A stretch of DNA of 64,000 nt from the NCBI GenBank assembly GCA_951406725.2, contig OX597814.1:127100001-127164000 (forward strand), read 5' to 3'. A model generated the notes under the pieces. It saw only the letters and a list, made by a program, of their open reading frames with translations, was not told where the DNA came from and made no database searches. The stretch comes from Octopus vulgaris (lineage: Eukaryota). Positions 13,209 to 23,612 of the stretch are shown here, one piece after another (position 1 is the first letter of the stretch; the number at the start of each line of letters is the position of its first letter). Position numbers and translations under genes: made by a program.

Positions 13209-13382
13209 ATATAGGAAGGGCATCCAGCTGTAGAAACTCTGCCAGATCAGATTGGAGCCTGGTGCAGCCATTTGGGTTGGACGATTTGACTGAAGACTGG
13301 CAAACCAGATGGCTGCTCCAGGCTCCAATCTGATCTGGCAGAGTTTCTGCAGCTGGATGCCCTTCCTATATATGTATATATA

Positions 13383-13920
13383 TCATCATCATCATCGTTT
13401 AACGTCCGTTTTCCGCGCTAGCACGGGTTGGACAGTTCGACCGGGGTCTGGGAAGCCAGGGGCTGCATCAGGCTCCAGTCTGATCTGGCAGTGTTTCTAC
13501 AGCTGGATGCCCTTCACTCCGCGAGTGTAGTGGGTGTTTTTTATGTGCCACCGGCACAGGTGCCAGGGAAGTCTGGCATCGGCCACAATCGCTTGGTGCT
13601 TTTAACATGCCACCGGCACGGAAGCCAGCCAAGGCGGTGCTGGCATCAGCCACGTTCGGATGGTGCTTTTTATGTGCCACCGGCACAGAAGCCAGTCGAG
13701 GCGGCGCTGGCAACGGCCACGTTCGGATGGTGCTTTTTATGTGCTACCGGCACAGGTATCACAGCTACTATTTCCATTGATATTTATTTCAATGTTCGTG
13801 TACTTGACTCAACAGGTCTCCTCAAGCACAGCAGGATGTTCTGGAATCCAAGGTACTTTGAATGGGCAGGGGCTATGCGGAACTGGTGCAGGAAGCAGCC
13901 CGGGTCTTTGCAGTCACAGC
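13383..13920 (-). repeat. RTE 3'-tail repeat with about 4 tandem units
   Basis: (CAT)n cgtttaacgtccg... followed by repeated ggtgctttttatgtgccaccggcac. Confidence 0.9.
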
Positions 13921-13924
13921 ATAT

Positions 13925-14570
13925 CGCCTTTTCATTAATGAGCGAACTATGGTGGATTTGAGGTTCATGGCGAAAGAGATTATGAGCCAAATCTTATCAC
14001 TATTACATTTATTGCTAGTATTGCTATATCTGTTATAGAAACTACCCTCATTGTTTGTAAGGCATGTGAAATTATACTTATGGCTATCGAGTTTATTCCT
14101 ATAGTTGGGTTTATCTTTACTATTGCTCCTGTCTGGTTTATTGGGGTTATTTCTGTATGGTTTATGTGGACTCAGTGACCTGGTGTTATGGCTTTTAACA
14201 GGGTTTATCTTTGTTCTTTGGGGCTCTTTACTTTTATTCTTATCAATGTGTAGGTTTATATTATTCTTATTATAGCTATTATTCTTCTTCAACTTATTTT
14301 TATAATTCATGTTATTAGTCTTGTATTGTTTATGTTGTTAATTTTATTGATTATCATATTGTTGGTAGTCATGTTGTCGTTTGTAGTATTATTGGTGATT
14401 TGTGTATGGGACTTAACATTGTTTCTATTGCTATTATTTTTGTTGAGCTTGTCTTTGCTGTTCTTATTGTTGGTGTAGTTTGTAGTGATGTTTGTTGTGT
14501 GGTTAGTGTTAATTACCGTGTAGATTTCTGTTATTTAGGTTATTTGTATAGTGATTAGGGTCTAGGTATT
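13925..14570 (-). mobile_element. Probable Penelope-like element fragment (Asn-rich linker)
   Basis: ORF 13873..14310 is Asn/Lys-rich and ends in KIWLIISFAMNLKSTIVRSLMK, resembling the Neptune-type linker motif (KIIWFNPP.S.NVKTNIG, from memory). Confidence 0.45.
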
Positions 14571-14574
14571 AATA

Positions 14575-15025
14575 GAAGAGGGAGACCCAGGAAGACCTCT
14601 GGAGATATGCTGTGATTGAGAAGACCCAGCAAGTAAAGTGAGATCACAGCCAAAGCCTATACTAGTGTAGCATAACCGGCTCATTAAAAAAGTACCTTTG
14701 AATCGTCAGGTGATGTGCCATGCTTGAGTAGAGTAAAATCAAAAATCACAATCAAAAATGGAAATTGTAGTTGTGGCCAATGCCAGTGCCACCTGACTGG
14801 CTTTTGTGCTGGTGGCACACAAGTGCCATTCATGTGTGGGTTGTTTCCAATACCACCTGACTGATTCCCGTGCTGGTGGCATGTAAATAGCACCTTCTGA
14901 ACATGGTTGATGAGCCCCCCCCTCATCTGAACATGACCTATGCCAGTGCCACCTGACTGGCTCCCATGTTGGTGGCATGTAAAAAGAACCACTACATGGA
15001 TGTTAAATGATGATGATGACGATGA
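14575..15025 (+). repeat. RTE 3' fragment / tail repeat, internally deleted
   Basis: Starts with a GRPRKT-coding remnant, has tandem units, and ends in (GAT)n. Confidence 0.8.
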
Positions 15026-16109
15026 TATCTCTATATATATAAACGGCAAAATGTCTGTCTGTGTGTGTGTGTATCCTTTGTACAAATCCACAATTTTTCA
15101 GTTAGAGGGCTTGCACTTTCTGTGGTCATTCAAAACTGTCCAAGGGTGGTCGTGCACATCTTTACATTTCCCCAGTCACGCCACAAAGCCATTAAAAAAT
15201 CAATAGAAATGACTGTTTTGTGAATTTTCTATCCAAAGCCCAATCAAAATGCCCGAAACTTGATATGCCAATTGAATGCCAGCTAGCTGTATGTGATTGG
15301 TTGGAAATTTGGACAGTACTCGTGTGTATGTGCGCATGCACACAGCTGTATATGCATGCACTAGCACTATGACCCGGCGTTGCTGGGTCATAGTGCTAGT
15401 ATATATATATTATTTTCAAATTTTGGTCGCAAGACCGACATGTTTTGGAAGTGGATAATTTAAGTACATTGACCCCAGTGTTCAACTGGTACTCATTTTA
15501 TCAATCCCAAAATGAGGGAAGGCGAAGTTAACCTCAAAGGTATTTGAACTCAGAACAAAAAGTTAAAAAAAAATGCCCTCAAACTCTTTGTCTGGCACAG
15601 TAACGATGCTTCCAGTTGACCACTTTATATATATATTTATATTCATACATATGTATAGGTTTGTGCGCGCATGCACACACACTCTCACAGAAACTAAGTG
15701 CATTTTGTCATTTTAGTTTTCAGTTTTACTTTTTATTCACAAAAAAAATGTGAAAGTTAAAATGTATTAAAGCATATTCCAGTATTATGCCACATTTGAG
15801 CCAATATGTAAAATAAATTTTGTTTTATATATACACACATATATGGTCATAGCAATACTTTTAGACAAATAGTATATATATATATATCTGCTCTATCAAG
15901 AGGCCTGCAAATCAAACCCCATGTAGTCTTAGGTGTGCAACATCTGGATAATAAAACTGGTTGGGCACAGCTGGAATGCATTATTATTATTCCCTAGTAT
16001 AAAGGATTTATTGAAATGTAAGTAAAATGTATTCTTGTAGTTGCATATATCCAGAAACAAACTATTTTTTGTCGATTGGTTTTTCATTTCAATAGGAAAT
16101 AATCTAATA

Positions 16110-16325
16110 ATGCTTTCAATTTTGGCACAAGGCCAGCAATTTCGGAGGAGGGGGTAAGTTGGTTGCATTGACCCCAGTGTTCAACTGTTACTTTTTTCAT
16201 TGACCCCGAAAGGATGAAAGGTAAAGTCAATCTTGGTGGAATTTGAACTCGGAGCGTAAGGTCAAATGTAATGCCATTAAGCATTTTGTCCAGTGTGTCA
16301 ATAATTTTGTCAGCTCACTGCCGTA
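16110..16325 (-). mobile_element. SINE of the GCCTTTCATCCTTTCGGGGTC family
   Basis: gaccccgaaaggatgaaaggtaaagtcaa...atttgaactc. Further decayed copies at about 15415-15625, 22800-23010, 47220-47420, 48622-48990 and 49390-49570 (-), and about 24130-24490 and 41650-41890 (+). Confidence 0.75.
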
Positions 16326-16614
16326 CGAATTAATCTAATAATAATCATTTAAATTCAGGCCCATTATAAAGTCTATGTGAAATTTTAGTTTATAGAAATT
16401 TAAAATTATAGTGCTTTTAATAAAAATAGTATTGTACTTACTCTTAATGAAGTGGAGTGGTTGTAATTGTGCGAATTTGTGTCAATAGAATGTTTCTCTT
16501 AAATTAGTCATCCTAAAATATACTAGAAACTGTCATCAGAAAATCCTGAAAATCCCTTCCACTACCTTTTTATAAAGCTTTCTATTATTATTCTCCCATT
16601 CATTTACACTTCCA

Positions 16615-16773
16615 GTATATACACACACACACTCACACACACACACACATACACATATATATATACACACACACATGCACATATATATATATACACATAT
16701 ATATATATATATATATAAACACATGCATATATATGTATACACACACATATATACACACACACATTATATATAC

Positions 16774-16810
<37 letters not shown>
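16615..16810. repeat. Compound (CA)n/(TA)n microsatellite
   Basis: Directly visible; abuts the Penelope-like element. Confidence 0.95.
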
Positions 16811-16818
<8 letters not shown>

Positions 16819-17857
16819 GGTGAAGGCTGGTTTATGGAGTTACCCTGGGTTTCCTGTCCATAAAAGGCTTAACTTTATGGCGTATTGTCAGATCCCAAGA
16901 CCTGATGGCCTAAGACCTCTTTAAAATATCGAAGGGAAACATCTTGATACAAAAGCAAATATAAGCAAGGGGATTATCTTTCTTTGCTAATGGCTATCAA
17001 CTTCCGGCCTTACTGCCATCATTTAGTTATGAGGGAGCACTATAATACACATAGTTAGACTTTTTCCTTAAATTAATAGACAAGCACTTCACTAGTTCCC
17101 ATAGGTACAGGCACAACATTAAGGTCTTGTTTAGCTGTGCCTCCAATATTAAGAGCATCCTAGTTAGTGCCCCTAGGCCAGAGGAATGAGCAAGTTGTTC
17201 ATGTAGGATCTGCAACAGCACTGACATTGCATGTCCATAGAAATACATTGGTTGTTCTGGAAATCCATTCAAAAAATGCATTTCCAACCAAATATCCTCC
17301 TTCAGAGTCCCAGAAAGGAGATACATAACATCGCTGGCCAGCCATGTCTGACAACTAAAAGACAATAGAGTTCCACACTCAATCTCATGGAAAATTCTTG
17401 AAAACCCAGGCTTCTATATTAATGGGATGAAACGTTGCAAGCTATGCATTGCTGAACACATGAGAATCCTAAAAGATTCGCTTGAACTAAGGACCATACT
17501 TAACTCCAGAATGGAGATTTTCGGGCCATGTTTGCATTTTAAGAGATTTTTGCTGGCATTTTGGGAACCGCAAAATGGTGGCACAGCTGGAAGTTGATAG
17601 CTAATGGGAGAGGGAGATAATCCCCTACTGTTTACCCTCATAGCTGAATGATGGCAGTACAGCTGGAAGTTGATAGCCATTAGCAAAGGAAGATAATCTC
17701 TTAGTTTACATTTGCTTTAGTATTGAGATGTTTCCCCTCCATATTTTAAAGCAGTCTTAGGCCATCAGGCTTGGGGTCTGATGATATGCCATAAAGTTAA
17801 ACTCTTTATGGACAGGAAACCCAGGGTAACCCCATAAACTGGCCTTCACCTGAAAAA
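16811..17857 (+). mobile_element. Penelope-like (Neptune-type) retroelement 3' fragment with GIY-YIG endonuclease remnant and inverted pseudo-LTR arms
   Basis: + strand remnants KLIDKHF...IKVLFSCASNIKSIL and KYIGCSGNPFKK...SWKILENPGFYINGMKRCKLCIAE...LNSRMEIFGPCLHFKRFLL; about 220-bp inverted repeat (16811-17035 vs 17635-17857); (TA)n on the left. Confidence 0.85.
17759..17845 (+). ncRNA. Type I hammerhead ribozyme motif in the Penelope-like pLTR
   Basis: TGGGGT-CTGATGA-(stem II CCATAAAG/CTTTATGG)-GAAA-CCCAGGG-TA-ACCCCA. GUA cleavage triplet ends at 17828; stem I is extended by AGGCCA/TGGCCT. The base of stem II is poorly paired. Confidence 0.7.
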
Positions 17858-18119
17858 TATAGACTACTTCTTAGAGTGTGCTTCCTCTCTGGATTTGTTT
17901 TTCTAAAAACGATGGATTGCTAGCCACTACACATTCTTTATTTTCTCTCCTTGTTTCTTTCTGTGGAAGTGCGTAGGCTTGAAATGTTAAAGACTTTTTC
18001 ACTTCCCGAGCGTTAAACTAATACATCTGATTGTTGTCTACACCACCTGTCTTCATCTTTTGTTTTTTGTGAATTCTCCCCTATATATATATGGATGAAA
18101 ACAGTTTGATTCTAGAGTA

Positions 18120-18900
18120 CCGTACTGGCATGGGTTGGATGGTTTAATAATATTTGGCGAGCTGCAGGGCTGTATCAAGCTTCAGTATCATCTTTGGCAT
18201 GGTTTTTTTTATTCCTACTAGCCCTTTCTAACATCAACCACTTTACAGTATGTATTGAATGTTTTGTTTCATGCCACTGGCTTTAATGAGGTTCCAAGTA
18301 ACTTGCAAGACAGAAAAAGAACAGCGAAAAAAAGGTAAAAAAAAAACAAGTGGTTGGGTGGCATAGTTTGAAAAGGGGAGGTGGCTTTATGCCAGATTTT
18401 GAGAGGCTAATGTATGAGAGGACAAATAGACAGGTGTCTTACTATAGAGAAGATGCATAGCTACCTCACATTGTATAAACACTAGCAGAAGTAGCTAAGA
18501 AGAAGATAAAAATAGTAGTGATGGTGTATAAGGAAATTGTGGGGAGAGGGGGTAGTTTCATAATAGTGTGGTGGGGAGAGTAACAGATGATTAGAGATGG
18601 GGGAAGAAAGGATAATGAGAATAAGGAATGGAAGGTTCTAGGGTGAGTAAGAGGTAACTTGTAATGAAAAGAAAGGAGAGTAAATAACATGTACTGAGTG
18701 GTGCCCAAAGTAGAGAAATAATGGTGCAGTAGGTGTTAGAGGAATGCTTGAATGTTTTAGGAAACCATTTTTTACTGTGATGGACAGGTCTTTTCAAGCA
18801 CAGCAAATCACCAATCATCTTGGTTGATTGTCATCTTCTCTGTAAGGTTCAGCATCTTGAGACCAACCTTCACTTCTTCATCCCATATCTTCTTGAGCTT
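18120..18900 (-). repeat. Older RTE 3'-UTR copy (similar decayed copies at about 19840-20070, 50260-50440 and 54487-54770)
   Basis: ggcatgggttggatggttt...aaccactttacag; purine-rich middle; RTE C-terminal remnant near 18860-18910. Confidence 0.65.
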
Positions 18901-20164
18901 TTTTCTTCAACAAGTTTCATAGTATTGCATAAAATATTTACTGCCTGTCAGCTCTGCTATTTGAGACAAACATGAAATACAGTAAAAGTGAAGGGATGAG
19001 GAAAGAATTGTGGGACAAGTAAGCTTAGATGAAGAAAATATATGACTGGCTAGTTGAAACATTATCTCATTGTAATATTTCTGTATACTTTTTAATTTGT
19101 TCTTTTTTGCTAACTACTTAATTGGGTGTGGTGCTTGTTGCAAGTCTGCCTTTAACAGTAAAGTTTGAATATAATATTTCTGCTAGGAGGCAAGTTGTGG
19201 TAACAGTTAAATCTCCTTCAAACTGTACCTTAACATCTATATCTATAAAAGGCATGATGTGTGTGTGTATGTGAATGTACTTTATGCATGTTCACAAATT
19301 AGCATGCAAGTCGCTCCAATTTTAGGAGGACATTGGTCACAACCATGGCTGTGCTTTTGTCAACTTATTTTTCCCAAGGCACACACGGATGGCGGTAAAA
19401 ATAGCTTTTCGACCATAACTTTTACCAATTTTCACGTCAGTGAAATCCATAAGTTTGCTAACATGAGATAAGTCCCCTGTCTTATAGATTAATTCACCCT
19501 ACTACAATGTCTCTGAAAAAAAATTAGATTTGGACTACCCAAGGAATCTCAGCGTAGGAAAAGAGAAAGAGCTGAAGAGACTATCAGCAGACCCATTAGT
19601 AAAATATAACTTTTTGGGCCAAAACCTGGCAATAAGTGCTTGCAGATATTCCGCTACAAAACATTCAATAATATCGAAGCAGTAACTTTCATAAACCAGG
19701 GTATAATTTTTGAAGACTCTTTCTGAACCCAGTCAATGATGGGTATTTCTGCTAGTCTTAAATAAAGAAAAATACATTGAACATTTTGGTCCCTGATATA
19801 TAGAAATACAGGATGTTTGCAGTAGGAATATTTTTGGCCAGCTGGAGAGCTACCATGGCTCCATTTTTATGTTTTGGCATGGTTTCTATGGCTGGATGCC
19901 CATCCTAATACTGACCACTTTACAGAGTGGACTGGTAGTTTTTATGTAGCACCAGCATGGGCACTTTTACATAGTACTGGCATGGGTGCTTTTATATGGC
20001 ACTGGAGTGGACACTTTTATGTGGCACTAGAATGAGTGCTTTTACATGGCACCAGCACCTATGAGTCTGCAAGACTTGGCTCTCTCATTTGAGGGAGGAT
20101 GTAGAGGACCTGCCTATTTGCAAAAAAAAAAAGAAAGACACATTAGATAACCTTTTTTCCTTTT

Positions 20165-20490
20165 TTTTTTATCTGTCAGTCATTGGACTGCAGCCATGCT
20201 GGGGGTACCACCTTGAAGAGTTTAGTAAAAAAAAAAATCGACCCGGTAACAAGTAGAATAAATAGCTGACTGAAAAATATTTGCAGTCTGGTACTTGTTT
20301 TATCAACTTCTTTTGCTGAGCTGCTAAGTTATTGGGAAAAAGCAACACCAGTTGTCAAGCAGTGGTGGAGACAAACACAAGGGCACACACACACATGCGC
20401 GCGCGACAGACTTTCTTACAATTTCTGCCTACCACATTCCCTCACAAGGCTTTGATTTACCTAGGGCTATAGTAGAAAACACTTGCCCAA
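20165..20490 (-). mobile_element. CORE-like SINE (different body)
   Basis: Minus strand ttgggcaagtgttttctactatagccc...aaagccttgtgag, with an internal CA tract. Confidence 0.55.
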
Positions 20491-20719
20491 ATATGTAAGA
20501 AGATGGGATGGTCATAGATGGAATGTCTTTGATCATAGGTTTGCTCAATCAGGCTTGACTTGTGTTAAACAACAACAATTAGACAAATTAAAACTAAGAG
20601 AAGTGTATTTAGAGATTTAGTGTTATGCAGTGTTCTGTTAAGATTTACACATTTCAAACAATAAAATAGCCTGTGGAATGTTCCTTAGATATTTAGAAAT
20701 CCTAGAATGAAATTAATAT

Positions 20720-21140
20720 CTACAGTGATAGTAAATCTAGTATAAACTAGAATACTAATTTTACTATTATTATATAGAGATATAATATAATAGTAAACCT
20801 AATATCTTAAATATTGTCAAACTTGAATTTCTCAGTGTCATAATAGGACCTGGCATCCATAGTGTAACAATAGTAAAACTAGTCTACTCAATGTCATAAG
20901 AGTAAAACTAGTATCCTCAGTGTAATAATAGTAAAACTAATATCTATTTAATAGTAATAAAAGTAATATCCTAATGTAGTAACAGTCAAACTGGTATTCT
21001 CCATATAATAGTACCCTCTAATGATAAAACTCCTATCCTCTATGTAATAGGAAAACTAGTGTCCTCTATGTAGTATTAGTGAAGTTAGTCTCCTTTATAT
21101 AGTATTAGTAAAGATAGTATCTGCTATCTAGTAATAATAA
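20720..21140. repeat. Degenerate minisatellite, unit about 29 bp
   Basis: Recurrent aatagtaaaactagtatcctc(t/a)atgt. Confidence 0.7.
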
Positions 21141-21664
21141 GGCTATGGATTTGGTAGAATGGTAGGTAACATAATTTGTTCCAGCCTTTATATTCTAACA
21201 TCAACTTACCCTGTGTTAAACCTTGCCATTCATCAGTACTTCCAGGTTTGAGCAAATTTATTGCTGGTTAAATATTGGGGTCAAATTAACTAATACTACT
21301 AGGCGTCTTCAAACAAGAGACTAGTTGTTGAAGACATGGACACAGTATTGTTATGAGCTGCCGCTTTAGCTTTGTAAGAATTGTGTCCAGCCGAAGAAAT
21401 AATAGTGAAATTAGTATCCTCTAATTAAATATTGTCCTATAACTAGATCTTTTATTAATGAAATGGGTCACTTCTTACTTAAGGAAATTCATGTGCTTAA
21501 CTGAAGTCTGAACCATAAAAATGCAAATGAGAGTTTTAAAGACGCCTTATGTAGAACAGACCCAGTTAACTTCGAGTTTAAGTACTTGTTCCAATGAAAG
21601 GCCAAATTGATTTCAGAAAAATTTGAATTCAAAACTTCTCTTACAATTTTATAGCCTATTTTTT

Positions 21665-21699
<35 letters not shown>

Positions 21700-22192
21700 A
21701 AGTGAGTGCTAGGATACTTGATTATGCAAGGTGATGAAATTTTTAAAAACTTATTCTTTAGAAAAAAAAAAAATACCTTCAAAACAGGGAGACAACCCTG
21801 AAATTTTAATTGGAATTAATTATGGAATGCAGGAGGCATCTTTGAGTATTTATTCTAGTTGTTCTTTTAAGTTATGCTACTCGGTGTTCATTCATAAAAC
21901 CTTATATCTCTTTAGTCATTTTAGGATTGTACAGGTATGGCTTGACTGCACTCACTGATGAGGCCCTATAAGATTGAAACATGTTTGGAGCTGTCACTCT
22001 TCTGCTGCATTTCATATGTAATTAATTAAAATTTTAGGAATTCTTTTTATTGCTAGAATTAATCATTCAGGTAGTGATTATGCTTATCACTAAGAGTGCA
22101 GTTTTAACTAAAAAAAAATTCTTGGCTTACTACTTTAATTGTATTCTCTTTACAGTTGCCACAGTTATGTCATCTTGTCTTTAAAGCTGTCA

Positions 22193-22605
22193 TCATCATC
22201 ATCGTTTAACGTCCACTTTTCATGCTAGCAAGGGTTGGATGATTTTGACTGAGGGCTGGCGAACCAGATGGCTGCACCAGGCTCCAATATTGATCTGGCA
22301 GAGTTTCTACAGCTGGATGCCCTTCCTAATGCCAACCACTCCGAGAGTGTAGTGGGTGCTTTTTACGTGCCACTGGCACGGGGGCCAGTCAGGCGGTACT
22401 GGCAATGACCTCGCTCGAATCTTTTTACACATGCCACTGGCACAGGTGCCAATAAGGCGACGTTGGTAACGATCACGCTCGAATGGTGCCCTTTTACGTG
22501 CCACCAGCATGGAAGCCAGTTGGCTGCTCTGGCAACGATCATGCTTGGATGGTGCTCTTGGCACCCTACTAGCATGGGCACAAGTGCCAGTAAGGTGACG
22601 CTGGT
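22193..22605 (-). repeat. RTE 3'-tail repeat with tandem units
   Basis: Close relative of 47855-48128 (+) and 61700-62035 (-). Confidence 0.9.
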
Positions 22606-23588
22606 GTTTAGAACAATAGAAAACAATTAAATTATTTATATTTTCCGATAATATTTTTAAGAAATTGCATGTCTTTTTTCTGTATCATATAATGGAAAAC
22701 CGCCTGTTTTTATCCTACTCATGGAACCTGACTTGACATGAAGTAACATTATGAATATAACTAAATCTAAAGACTTAGTCTTCGTTGTTGTAACAGTATT
22801 GTTTCCTCTATCATAGACTGAAAGGTACAAAGTTTAGGAGAGAAATATAGTTGATTATATCAAATATTTTGGGTACTTATTTTATTGACCCTGCAACGAT
22901 GAAAAACAAAAAAAAATGTGTAATTTAAAACCTTAAAGTGTAAAGAATTGTAACTAAATATTGCAAGACATTTTCTTCAATGTTGTATTGATTCTACCAA
23001 TCCACTGCTAAATCTTTTGAAATAATCATCTCAAAAACTTTAAGCATTGAATCTTCATGAATTTTTCATTATTCTTTGAAACCCTTTGTTTTTTTCTACC
23101 TGCACCATAATCCACAAATAGATGTTTTCTTTAATCCATATAATTTTCATTTCTTTTTTGCAAATTTCAGAATTTAAAAGTTGGTAATTATGTAACTCCA
23201 TTGAATATTCTATAAATTTCTGGTTTAACTTATTTAATGTGTGGAAGACCAGATCTTAATGCTGATTAAAGTTATTGATACGATCAAATAGTCTGTTGAT
23301 TATGTTAAAATAGAAATATGATTGGTTGATAATTAAAAATTGATTTAAAATAAGCAAAAAAAAAAATTTAGTTTGATATAGTTGCATGGTAATTTTAATT
23401 GCTATAATTTAAATGACTGATTTTGTCATTAGATAAAACAAGTCTATAACATCTACAGCAATGGTATATAAGATCATTTTAACATTGTTTTATTAAAAAC
23501 ATTTTCAAGCGTCAAATTAAAAGAAAAACCTTTATTGTATTTTGTTGGAAAGTAATTTATTATGATTTTTTTTTATTTTTGCCCTCAG

Positions 23589-23612
23589 ATGACTATGTCC
23601 GGACACTGCAAG
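23589..23612 (+). CDS. Candidate 24-nt in-frame microexon of CNEP1R1 (adds DDYVRTLQ)
   Basis: Long U-tract, then tgccctcAG|AT GAC TAT GTC CGG ACA CTG CAA G|GTATAC; phase 1-1, no stop codon. Confidence 0.45.
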
